From assembly GCA_051362555.1 (NCBI GenBank), contig CM120648.1, positions 7,002,587-7,066,586 of the forward strand: 64,000 nucleotides of DNA, written 5' to 3'. The position numbers and the translations under genes were made by a program. The stretch is from Lingula anatina (taxonomy: Eukaryota > Animalia > Brachiopoda). Numbering within the stretch: position 1 is the first letter of the stretch; each line of letters begins with the position of its first letter. Under the pieces are notes generated by a model. That model did not search any database and was not told the origin of the DNA. It was given only the letters and a program-made list of their open reading frames with translations. Of this stretch, positions 48,801 through 61,256 are shown in pieces.

Positions 48801-51800
48801 GTCATAATCAATACTACATATTCATTCTACAAAAAATCATCTCATCTAGCTCGATTTATTCACTTACTTCTTTCTTTATTCATTCATTTATTTATATATA
48901 TTTTTTATTTGTTTGTCTCATGGCTTTACGTACCTTTAAATGTTTGATTCCATCCATGTGAGCTTGTAAGGAGATCTCAGAAGTGCACGTCACATCACAG
49001 GCCTACAATGTCCCAAATACAAACAAAAAGAAAATCCATTAACAAAATTACACTTATCACGGAATTATAGATATTTTGAATGGAATTTATACCCAACTCA
49101 CAATATTTTTCAGTGCTTTGTGAAAACAAGCAGCAAAGCTGTAAAATGTACAGGTATAAAAACAAATAATGTTGTACAAAATAGATTCTGTCAATTTTGA
49201 TGAGGGCTTTTGACTTATCATGTCATAACTGAAAGTGCACAGCAATGACGCTGCCACCGCCGACGGCAACAACAGATACAGGTAATGGCTATATGTACAG
49301 GCCATGTATGTCTGTACATAAATAAAGGAATTTATCTGCTATGTTAATTTCATTTCTCCTCCGAGAACTCTTGGATTTCATTTGTCACTCTTCTATTGTG
49401 CCGTCATCCGTCAGTCATAAAGAGATCTTGCTATCGTGCTGCCATCTATCAGTTGAACACACAACTTTTTTTTTCACCTGAAGTCTGGGAACACTTACAT
49501 ATGCACTATGTTAATAAGCAAATAATCCCTCTATCATGTTCAAATATCTCATAACATAAGCTTTTATTTACTTCTTTTTTTTTTCAATGAAAAGACACTC
49601 ACCTCGTAAAACCCTTAAAGTTTAAAATCCGGATTTCAGCCTCTTGCGTTAATTTGGGAAATATCAAACAACTATTAGCTACTGTACTTAATATATCCCA
49701 CATGACTTCCTTAACTTTATGGAGATGAAATGAATTTCAGAACAAAAACACTCTTCTTATTTTCATTGTCAAACACGGCAAAAATTGAAGAATTTTCCAT
49801 ATAAAAAGCTGTATTCATTATCAAATGATTGTGTGATACTTTCTCTTTCAATACCCTTACAAAGGTTTAAGTTGTAAAAACTGTTAACCCTGAAAATGTT
49901 GCTGGGGGAAGGAAGGCCATCAAAATGAAGACTGAAAATCTGGAAAACTTTCTCTCATGACCAATAAAATAATTCAAAAAGAATTCTTTTGATCAGGTAA
50001 AAACATTCTTCTTCTCAAATGAAGCCTTATTCAGTTCCATCAAAACATGTGGCTTGTGATATATTGATTCCTGACATGCTCAGACCACCACATCCCTCAT
50101 AAGACATTGAACTTTTTTCTTAATTTTTTATCAATTTCTATCAATCATTTTAACAATTTATTTATCAACTGATTTGTTTATCATATTCAAGTTTGCATAA
50201 TCCTGTTAAAGTTGAATCCCACTAAAACTGTCCTCTATAGAAAGGCAAGTCCCTGTATGTGATATTGGCAGTGGCTGCATGTGGCAGTGCATGCATACAC
50301 TGGGCGTATCACCACAGACTGAAAATGGTGGAGATCTGACCTGGAGGAGCACCATACAAAAACTAGACATTTTCTATGACAGAGAGAAGAATTTTGGCTG
50401 CCCGTAAATGCCTTGAAGTCAGTGTTTGCCTTTTAGGAAAATTAGTTGCTGGACCGAACGTCCAGCCACCTTGAAAAGTAGCTGGACCGATTGTCTCCCA
50501 GGTGAGAAAACTTCTCGGCCCGTTCTGAAAGCTGTCAGCCCCAGGCAGACGGACCAGCATTAATTTCAAACACTGCTTGAATTTTATCATACTAAGGTAT
50601 GTTTCAAACCCTGGCACTCCATTTCAACATATTTACAGGCTAAACCTGACCAAGGAAGCTACATAACTTGCCAACCTAAATGATTATCACCTTGAGAAAA
50701 TTCTGCTTTAAATATCATTTAGGGATGGCTTCTTTACGATCTGTCTCACCATACTGGATATCTACATATACCCCAAGAAGAAGAGTTAATTAAGCCTTAT
50801 TTCTTTATTAGACTTTTTTATATAATAAGTTGTTTTCCAATTTATATTGCACTGAATCTAATATATTACAATATATTAAACACACTGTAAGAATTTAGCA
50901 AAGGGAGCTAGTTTTGAAAAATATGGGCCCTATAATTGTATATAATAACCTTAACTATAATTTTTTAAGTAACAGAACTGATAGACGCCAACATTCCATA
51001 TTAGAATAAACTGATACTAAATACAAACCAGAGTTTTGCACTCAAGGACTAACAAGCTAAGCCAGTGGGTCCAGCTTAAGTATCATCCCATCAGAAATCC
51101 TTTTGCAAGTATCACCACACTGTGGTGTTTACAGACACAATAGACAAAATATTAGCTTCATATTAAATTGGAATACTAGAAAAACGCATCCAATAATGTA
51201 CGTATACGTATATATATATATATATCGATTCAAATTTATAAGCTTTCTTCCTATACCTCAGACCCCCCCCCCCACACTTCAAAAACAAATGAAAAAAAAT
51301 GAATAAATAAACAAAATTACCTTACAATAGAAGCCATCAACAAATTTTCCAATGTCATCAGGCTCCAGATCTCTCTCCGCTGCCGCTTCCCACTTCCTCT
51401 GTCTCACAGGTTCTCTCCAGGAGCCCTCCTGTAACATCATAGCAGGGAAAAATATCATACTGAAACATTCCTGGCTTCAACAACAAATGTTCTTATTTAT
51501 GACCAAATCAGGACTGTACATTAAAAAGAGATGTACTTCTTCATAAAATAGATGAAATCCCAGTGAGGCATTCTATTCCTGGAATTTGGATGAGCAGCTT
51601 CTCGAATGTATAAATACATAAATATCCCAAATTATGGGAACCCCTTACCCATTTATCACACACATTCCTGGAGTTTGCTCGAGCAGGATATTTACAGGTG
51701 AGTAAGGAAAGGAGAAAAGAATCCTTTACCTAAGAGCGACATGCACCCTACCTGTATCTCTCTCTGTCTGTCAGCCTCTTTCTGGAGTTCTGGGTTTTTC

Positions 51801-54800
51801 TTTTTCTCCTTCTCCAGGGTCTTGTGAATGTGAATCATGCCACGGGTGTGCATCCAATAGGCCTTGACAAAAAAAAGTTTTTTTTTTCTTAAAATTTTTT
51901 TCCATTTCTCTCTTTTTTAACTTCCGAAATAAACAGGACCAACTCTAAACTGAAATCATACACACTCACCCCCCCCCCCTTTCATTGCTATAAATGGGCA
52001 AGAATTAGTGTATTTATGACTCGATCTCATATTGCTACCTTTGCCATCAAGTTGTTACTTGCAAGATGAAAACAACCAGGTTTCTCACCTGTGGATTGTT
52101 AAACTTCTGGTTACATAGCTTGCAAAAACTGGTGTCTAACTCTTCATCATCATCATCATCTTCTTCTTCATCTACCTCCTCCTCTTTTTTCTCATTTTCT
52201 TCTGGTTGTTTCACAACTGGTGGCCTTGTAGACCAGCGGTGTGGTGACCTTGACCTGTTAGAGGAAGATTAAGTGGACTTATGCGAAAGGCACGTAATAA
52301 ATAAGACGTAATTTTGCTAAATAAAAAAACTAAAATCACATTACTGACAAATCAATTCACCTCAAAATTCAGTATTATTTCCATGGCAGTAACTTCAATC
52401 CATGGTACTTGAAATCTATTTTTTTTTCCATTTTCAAAAATGAATAATATCCATGTTGTTTGAATTCTTTTAGTACCTTTCTCTTCCCCTTCCATTGCGA
52501 TCTCTTTCACGACTGTGACTGTGGTATGGATCATGAGACCTTCTGTATTCCAGATCATAATCTCGACCACGCGAACGTTCGTGTGAAATACCACGCGAAC
52601 GTTCATGTGAAATACCACGTGAACGTTCACGTGATATTTCACGTGAGCGGTCCCTTGAGTGTCCACGGCGCCGGGGAGATCTGGATCGTCTGCTGTAGCG
52701 ATCTCTATCTCTCTCTCTTGAGTATGGTGACCTACTTCTCCGTCTATCTGGGCCTCGGTGTGAACGTGCCTCTCGCTCTTTTTCCTTCTCTTTTTCTCGT
52801 TCTCGGATATGTTTCTGTCTCTCTTTCTCCTCTTCTGCCTGTACATTCATGGAGTGCCACATGCCTCTGCAGTGGACCTTGAATTGCTGGGAAGACAAAA
52901 TAGTCATTTTTTTTTAAATTCTCTACCCAGAAGGCACATCATATTGGCATCACAGGAGTTCAGGGAACAGTTCCACAAAAGCATTTTATCCAAAAGCTGG
53001 TCTTTACCAGCTACTTAACTTAACTTTAACACTCAAAACCTAAAGAAAAGCAATACAATTAGGTTAAAATGGGGTGAGACTATTAGCCATTTCTTTACTT
53101 TTTTATCCAATTTATTTTTTTTATTCACTTACATTACATATTTATTTATTTATTTATTATATTTTGCTGTAAAAAAAAGTTCCAATATTTAATCTGATGT
53201 CGTCTCTTTCTACTTACGTCTATGGACTCAAAGTTCATGTTGCAAGGTTTACACGAGGACCAGTCAGTATTCTCCAGGTCTAACTTTGTCTCTGTGCTTG
53301 GAGCAGACGTGCTCTTAGCCTCTGCAAAAGATTGAATAATTTTGAAAGAAACTAAACATCTGAAAGGTCATATTAATAATACCTTGTAACATGTATTTTC
53401 TTAATGTCCAATAATACCTCCATGTCAATGTGCATGGGCGCAAGTCGTGAAAACTGAAAATTTTGAAAATGTAGCTTGCAATTTCTCATAGCATTCAAAT
53501 CATATGAAATCAGCCATAATCATAAAAACTTTCCATGACCGTGTCTGTTTCAACGGAGATAAAAAGTCTGAAACTGAGAAAGAATTTGAAAAGTTCAGCC
53601 TATATGTAAAAAAGAAAAAACATCAAGCTGTCAAATCTACACCAAGACAATGTATTTACCTCCTTTTTCCTTTTCCTTCTTTTCCTCCTCTTCCTTATTC
53701 TCCTCTTCTTTTCTTTTCTCTTCTTCTTCCTTCAACTTCTGGATCTGCCTCTGGAATTCCTCCCATTCCTTGTCCTTCTCTTGAACATCCTTGCCCTTCT
53801 CTTGAACATCCTTGTCCTTCTCTTGAACATCCTTGTTCTTTTCCTGGACATCCTTGTCCTTTTCTTTAACATCCTTGTCCATTTGTTGGACATCCTTGTT
53901 CTTCTCCTGGTCTGGTTTGTTCCCTGTTTTCTTATCAGGTGCTGAAAGTAGTGATTCAATAAAAATATTTTCTAAAGCAAACAGTAATACCATAATATAC
54001 TATGCCTCACACTGTTAGCGAAGGAAAGCACTCACAGACTACAGACCTCTGCTGAAGCAGCTCAATTATTATTATTATTATTATTACTTTACTGGATCAC
54101 CACCGAATTCTGACTGATTCTGAGTTACTAAAACCTATTACTGACAGATATCAAAGTAAGCCAGATGTTCTCTGTTTTAAGATTAGGCCTATTCTTGCCC
54201 TTAATTTTACTTTGAAAAGGGACTTTAACCCTCTGAACCAACCTGAAGTTTTCTCTTGACTAGCAGCTCCCTTTGGTGGTACAGGTTTCCATCCTCCACT
54301 TTTCTTCTGTCCTGGTGGCGTCTGTGTTGCCTGTTTCGCAGGAGCCTGTGGAGACGGCTTTACCTGTGTATCTTGCTGTAGTCTTTTAGCTAAATATTTT
54401 TCCTGCTGTTTCTTATGCCAGGCCTCCTTCTGAAGTTCGACTTCGGACTTGAATTCCGGGTTACGGTAGAACGCCTTCAGTATTGCACTGCTGGACATGG
54501 TGGGGTCTTGGTTGTCTTGGGTCTTGGCTTGAAACAGAGCATTGGAAAACAAACTTCAATCTTTTGATTCATATACTTTAAAGGATAAATATGAATAACT
54601 CAAGTATCCAGTATCAGAGGCATTTATAACTATCATTTTTTTTTCTACTGGATGACTAACGGCATTCGCTCATTAATATACCTAGTCTTGCAGCTTCTTA
54701 ACAATGTTATAACCAATATCCATGACATAATTTCGGGTTGTGGGGAAAAAGTAGGAAGAAATGGTTTTTTGGCCTTATGGCAGGTACTTGAGTCAGTTAA

Positions 54801-57000
54801 CTGCCAAGAAAAAATTGAGTGTCTAATTTTAATTGAAAACAAATGGGTCTAAATATCCACTCACATTTCTTATCGTAATGTTGTATGAGAACTCACTTGC
54901 AAGCTGTTTATGTAGACGGTGGTTGCAATATTAATGTTAAATGGTACAAGTACATGGGTAACAAAGGCTCACAGTATTGACATAGTTAACCTTTAACCAT
55001 ACCTTTTACCCAGTGTTTCCAATATCTATCTAGTTAACCACAAATCAATCCTTTTACACAATGTTCCCAATATTTCTCTAGTTAACCACCAAACCTTTTA
55101 AACAGTGTTCCCAATATTTACCTTCTTTTCCTTGCTTGTTCTTCTTCTTCTTTGGCTGCTGTAGACCAAACATGGCTGCAGCAGCTTCATCGCCATAGAT
55201 CATAGCATAGTACTGCTGCCACTGACTGGACTGGTAGAAATACGTGGCTGGGTCCATTCCTAGCCTGGTCCAGTCTCCACCAGCCTAAAAAAAATTTTCA
55301 AATAAAATTTTTCAAATTTATGTCAAGTTTATTTAAAAAACATAGATGGTATTAAAGAGACTTCAATTATCAAAGGGGGAAAAAACAGGCAGTATAAACT
55401 ATGTGTAATATAAATCATAAATTATGAGGTGTGTGCAGTTTATAAAATAAAAATCTGAATAGCTTGCCATATATGATTATTTAAACCACATCTTTTAAGC
55501 TACTAGTAGCTACAAACTAACAATCAGAATTAACCACAGGACCCCCCAGTGATGTGTAGTATCCTGACCTGGTGGTAGATGTTCCTCATGTGGCCCATCA
55601 TGGTCTCCATTTTCTGGAGATTACTGCTCATGTCTCCATTGCCAGTCATCATAGAATTCATCTGGTTCACCATGTCATGGATGTCCATGTTGCTGTAGTC
55701 TTGACCCATCATTTGCTGCTGACCATCTCCATAACCTGACCCCATCCCTCCCTGACCAGGACCCATGGGTCCTGGACCCATTCCACCAGGCCTGGGCCCC
55801 ATTCCACCACCAGGTCCAGGACCCATTCCACCACCAGGTCCAGGACCCATTCCTCCACCAGGTCCCAATCCACCAGGCCTGGGCCCCATTCCACCACCAG
55901 GTCCGGGTCCCATTCCTCCAGGTCCAGGGCCCATTCCACCAGGTCCGGGTCCCATTCCGCCACCAGGTCCCATTCCTCCAGGTCCAGGGCCCATTCCACC
56001 AGGTCCGGGTCCCATTCCACCAGGTCCCATTCCTCCAGGTCCAGGACCCATTCCACCTGGCCCAGGACCCATTCCTCCAGGTCCAGGGCCCATTCCACCA
56101 GGTCCGGGTCCCATTCCGCCACCAGGTCCAGGACCCATTCCTCCAGGTCCAGGGCCCATTCCTCCAGGTCCAGGGCCCATTCCACCAGGTCCAGGGCCCA
56201 TTCCACCAGGTCCGGGGCCCATTCCACCAGGTCCAGGACCCATTCCACCAGGTCCAGGACCCATTCCTCCTGGTCCGGGTCCCATTCCTCCTGGTTCAGG
56301 TCCCATTCCTCCAGGCCCAGGACCCATTCCTCCTGGTCCAGGTCCCATTCCTCCAGGCCCAGGACCCATTCCTCCTGGTCCAGGTCCCATTCCTCCAGGT
56401 CTGGGACCCATTCCTCCATGTCCAGTGCCCATGTCATCCATTCTATCATCAAACCCTGGCGGTCTCAGCCCAAAATCATTCCCTCTGTTAAAATTATTCC
56501 CCATGAATTCTCCTCTTGGTCCCATGTTATCTATCAAATAAAGGGTTTAGCAATATTTAATTTGCATTCAGATCAGTGATCCACAGACTAACTGGTCCAT
56601 TGATCATACATGCTGCATATCTTCTAATGGTCTCCCTACCTACCACAGGTGTCAGGCCTGCAGGGACCTAATAGTCTAACAGATTAAATCTTGGTTTCAA
56701 AGTTAAGTTGCTTGGCCCCATTGCTTGTGACTGTGGTATAAATGGTACGTTAGTAATATGTAGAATCCGGTGTGACTCATATATGATAATAATCTGGTTT
56801 GTTTTGTTTATATGTTACGATGTTAATCAGTTTGTGTTATGTGTATTGTATACTATTACTTCTGTTATTTTGTGCAACGTATTCTGTCACTCCCTTGTGC
56901 TGTTAATGTCCAATGAGACTACTGTATGCTAGTTTGTCTGTTGCATATATGTTGTAATATGTGTTTAGTGTGAAAATGTATGTTTTGTTTTGTGATGTCA

Positions 57001-57052
<52 letters not shown>

Positions 57053-58378
57053 GCTTGGCCCCTGCAGGGATGGCAGGTGTGGGGAGACCATTTGGAGATA
57101 AGACAGCATTGCATTTAAGTGGGGTTGGCCATATTTAGTCTGCGAATCAATTAGTCCTCAGATCTGTTGTGAATGTGACCTTATAAAAACATTCTAAAAA
57201 CAGGAAACAAATGAAATTTCTTGGGAAGAAAGCTAGGTTACATCTTGGCATTAGAAAATCAGAATTTGGCTTTTTGGATTAAAATTATTTTTTTCAATGG
57301 AATCTCTTTGTGGTTCGGCAAACCCTCATCTATTCTATATGTAGAGTAGGCATAATAGATACAGGAAATCTGCATACATTTATCCGGAATGTCCATGGGT
57401 GCCCACTTGTGAATCATTAGAGGTAAAATATGCAGAGAAATTGGTAAAATATTCAAAAAACAACAACTGGGTTTTTAAGTTCCATACCCATCACACAACC
57501 AATGCTATCCTGCTGCAATTGGTTTGTTGTCATAATAGGTTCACCTCAGATATGAAGTCAAGTGATAACTTTTGAATAAAAACATTGATGAAAAACATTC
57601 AAATGTTTATCACCAGATGTACCTGTTTTGGCAGTTGTTCCAATTTTCGCACGATACCAGGATGGTATTTTAACAGTTTTTTTTTTTTTTTTTTAATTTT
57701 TGATTACACAGTAGATGAATATTCAATTTAACCCTTATCTAAAGTACTTAAAATTTCCATACCTCTAGGCCCCATAGGGGGTCCCATGTTGTCCCTCATG
57801 TTTCCGGGACCCATCCCAAGGGGTCCATCAAAGCCTCTTCCACCACCAAATCCTCCTCCGCCAAAGTTGTTCATCATTGGACCTGAACAAAAATATGGTT
57901 CTATTACAAGATTGTTTCAAAACATTGCACATGGGAGTTTTTCATTTTTATTTCCACTCAGACCAAAAATTGACTAAAACACCATCTTTTTTGTCATGTG
58001 CTAAATCAGCAAGTATTCATGCATGTATATCAGAATCGTCTGCAGGAATACTGTCGCATGAATTTCGTGCTAGTGACCCATATGTTCAATTCTTTTATTA
58101 TTTTTCCCCCTTTTGGAGGGGGGCGTTAGATGATACCCTGTCTCACGGCCAAACTGCATATTCGTTCCAAAATTTAAAGCAGGGGGCGAGAAATATCAAC
58201 CAGAGTGAAATATTCACTATGGCAGGGGCAGATAGAAGAATACCAGAAAAACTGGATTCTTCTTCCTCGGCTTACCATCTCGCGGTGGGCCCATCTCTTC
58301 AAACCCAGGACCGGGTCCCATCATCCTGTCCATCCCCATGGGCATCCTTGGGCCAGGCTGGTGACCAAAGGGCCTCAT
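40257..58378 (-). CDS. Uncharacterised protein with four U1/matrin-type C2H2 zinc fingers, Gly-Met-Pro repeat N-terminus, KE-, RS- and RD/RY-rich tracts and a Gln/Tyr/Pro tail; 23 exons
   Basis: Phase-consistent exons: 58378-58276, 57882-57763, 56530-55569, 55284-55122, 54527-54243, 53941-53660, 53321-53218, 52886-52477, 52254-52089, 51862-51752, 51428-51321, 49002-48934, 48476-48449, 45899-45828, 45488-45349, 44967-44802, 44387-44340, 43784-43454, 42985-42911, 42477-42198, 41770-41666, 41263-41194, 40852-40257. Fingers: CKPC..HCRGMWH, CKLC..HTRGMIH, CKAC..HMDGIKH, CELC..HVTGLRH. The PLIGLDYLIEF..YVCELC module recalls Drosophila CG7065-like proteins (tentative). Confidence 0.85.
55740..56420 (-). 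repeat. Coding 21-bp tandem repeat (GGMGPGP)n, about 30 units
   Basis: CCCATTCC(A/T)CCAGGTCCAGG(A/G) repeats on the + strand, in frame within exon 3. Confidence 0.95.
56720..57047 (+). mobile_element. 5'-truncated poly(A) retroposon insertion (L1/Tx1-type TPRT signature)
   Basis: AATAAA running into an uninterrupted ~45-nt poly(A). 15-bp TSD AAGTTGCTTGGCCCC at 56705-56719 and 57048-57062; TT/AAG target. Confidence 0.9.
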
Positions 58379-58756
58379 ACTGCCGTTTACTCTTCTTAAG
58401 ACTTTTCGTTACTTTTCGTTGATACAACACCAATGATAAAACAACAACATCGACAAAGAGAACCCCTTCTCCTAGATTCTTTGACTGCACCGTACGGCGC
58501 ATGCGTTCATACTATGGAATTATACTATACATCGATAATGACAAATCTGGTTGATTTCAAGAGGGGCTTAACTCTGAACTTCCAAGAAGGAATCACGTTG
58601 AGTTCGTTGATGATTCTGGTATTTTGTCTCTTTTCTTTGTCCACAATATGTCGATTTTTAAAAATAAACATATAAATTAAAAAACATAGCGCATGCATGC
58701 AGGTAGGCATGTACTGAGCTCAGCAACCCAATAATATACAAATCACTGTTATATCA

Positions 58757-58861
58757 TATCATCATCATTGCTCTTCGTCCCGCGTGGGACATAAGGCCAC
58801 AGTCACTTCTTTCCACTTGGCCCTGTCTCTGGCTACGTGCTGGGCCTGTCCCCATGTAAGG
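58757..58861 (-). mobile_element. 3' end fragment of an RTE-clade LINE
   Basis: The minus strand reads WGQAQHVARDRAKWKEVTVALCPTRDEEQ* followed by a (TGA)n tail, typical of RTE ORF ends. TATCATAT flanks both sides. Confidence 0.7.
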
Positions 58862-58965
58862 TATCATATAGGCCTACTTAAATCCTATACTATTAATGAT
58901 TTCCTTCCCCTACCCCTATTTGTCTTTGTTTACAATTGAACCAAGATCCCCTACAGTTTAGTACT

Positions 58966-59477
58966 CAGGGGCGGATCCAGGATTATTTGAAAGGGGGGTC
59001 CGCAGATATGATTCCGACTCCCGCCCCCCCCCCTAAAATTTTTTGGTATTTTAGAGGGTGAACGGTGCCATTTCTTATGGTTTAGAACTATGAATCAGCT
59101 AGTCAAAAATTCTAATTTCAAGAGGGGACCATATAGGTGTGATTTTTTCAGAAATCGCCACCCGCCTAAATCCGCCAATGAGTAGGGCCTACTTATAATA
59201 GCAGGAGCGGATCCAGGATAATATGAAGGAGGTGGGGGGGGGGCGGGGATGCAAATCCGAAGCCCCCCCTCTCCCCCCCCCCCCTCCCCACTTGGCGTTG
59301 GCTGATGAGGGACCCCGAAAAATGTTGGTAGGCCTATTTTAGAGGGCAAACGGTGCCATTTGTTAGGCTACGGTTAAGAACTCTGATTCAGCTAGTCAAA
59401 ATTCTAATTTCCGGAGGGGACCAGAAATCGAAAGGGGGGTCAGGACCCCCCTGATCCGCCCTCTAAATCCGCCACTG
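58966..59477. mobile_element. Two adjacent GGCGGATC-family MITEs (58966-59180, 59202-59477)
   Basis: CAGG(G/A)GCGGATCCAGGAT starts and TAAATCCGCCA(A/C)TG ends. Internal similarity to each other and to 24796-25251. Confidence 0.75.
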
Positions 59478-59569
59478 TAATACTATACCACAGACTATAA
59501 AATAAACTGTCAAAACTTCATCATGAACTTTATGGATCTGTACAAAATAAATATTTTCTTCCAGTATTC

Positions 59570-60385
59570 TGAAGTCTGCACTTGTTCTTCATCTGAAGTC
59601 TGCACTCGGTTCTTCATATCACTACTCCTCTTTGCCTTAATTAAATTTTTCTGCATTCTTTAGCATTAATTATTTAATCAATATTCTAAGTTAGTTATTT
59701 GTGTGAAATTATAATTAAGGTAGTGTCTTTAGTTACACTGCGCAACAACGTCGCGCATTTACGTCAGCAAAGCAGTTGGTGCTGGCGATCTAACAATAGA
59801 AATCATTATCTTAAAAACAAGTTGCCATGAAGTCTGCACTTGTTCTTCGTATCACTATGACATAAAACCCCTCTTTGCCTTAATTAATTTTTCTGCATTC
59901 ATTTATTAGCATTATATTATTTAATCAATATTTTAAGTTAGTAATTTGGCAGGAGTAATAATAAGTTGTCATTGTAACATTTTTAATGCATTCATCTTAT
60001 GATTTTCTTGTTTTTGCAATAAATAAATAAAAACAATAAAAAACAAGATTTGTGTGAATTTTAGTGAAAATTATGATTATTAAGTTAGTTTATTTAGTTA
60101 CACTGCGCAACGACGTCGCGCATAAATTTACGTCTTTTAGTTTCACATGGCGTCAGCAGAGCAGCTACTGCTGGCGATCTAACAATAAAAATCAGTTTTA
60201 TATTAAAAACAAGTTGCCATGGCGACAAAATTTGCATGGGTACCTAGCAGTTTTTTAAATAAATAAAAACAAAAAACAAGATTCGTGTGAATTTTAGTGA
60301 AATTTATATATAATTATAATTAAGGTAGTGCCTTTAGTTACACTGCGCGACAACGTCGCGCATTTACGTCTTTCAGTTACATGTG
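59570..60385. repeat. Degenerate tandem triplication (~240-350-bp units)
   Basis: TTTAGTTACACTGCGC..AACGTCGCGCAT recurs at ~59728, ~60093 and ~60333; GAAGTCTGCACTTGTTCTTC at ~59571 and ~59829. Confidence 0.75.
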
Positions 60386-61184
60386 GCATCGTTTTTGAAC
60401 TGTGCTCCGCCATATTTAGTCGGCGGATCAGTTAGTACTCGGATCATCCATATTGAATGGGGCCTTAGTTGCCTAAACATATCTATTTACTGAGAAGGAT
60501 CAAACTGAGCAACCGGACCAATAGTTGTCCTTATTATATAATATCTGAAAGGCTTTGTTTCAGAATTGATCCGGGCACTGCACGTGAAAATATAGGCCTA
60601 TATCATGTATATCCATTGTAGATCCTTGATAAATCTCTTTCATTCGCAACCCAGTATATATGCATATATCATTTTCAATGTATAGAATAGCAGACAATAA
60701 GCGCCTTATTCAAAAGAAAGAAAAGAATTAAGGAGTATCTCTTCTGATTTCACTTCACTCTTTTTTTTTTTTTTTTTTTTTTTCAGAACGGCAGCCTGCT
60801 TTAGTAACAGAGAATTACGTTACCCCGTGCAAATACCTTTTTTGTCACGTGTATCTTCAAATACAAAACACTAACAAACCACGTTAAAACCCACTTCAAT
60901 ACTAATACAAAATATTATTGTTTACATCGTCACACATCCATAAAAATTATAAATATTCTGTCGGACTTGCATTCAGTACTAGCATGCACTATAGTTATTA
61001 CTTCACCACAAAAAGCAAAGGACTGGCGTTATACATATTTGTTTCTAAAATTGATACAATTAAGCTATGGAACACGATAAAATCAGCCTGATCAAATGCC
61101 CAATTGACACAAAGACTCAGGGAAATTTAAGCCAAATGCAGATCAAGCCGCTTAGAAAATCTACGTATGAAGCCATCTAACAGT

Positions 61185-61256
<72 letters not shown>

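Noticed and set aside
55709-56541. Long ORFs (PGPGPIP)n on + and (DLEEWVL)n on -
   Set aside because: Alternative-frame and antisense shadows of the GGMGPGP coding repeat; only that frame joins the flanking exons in phase.
57877-58422. 181-aa plus-strand ORF
   Set aside because: Antisense to exon 1 and intron 1 of the zinc-finger gene, with a non-ATG start and no motif.
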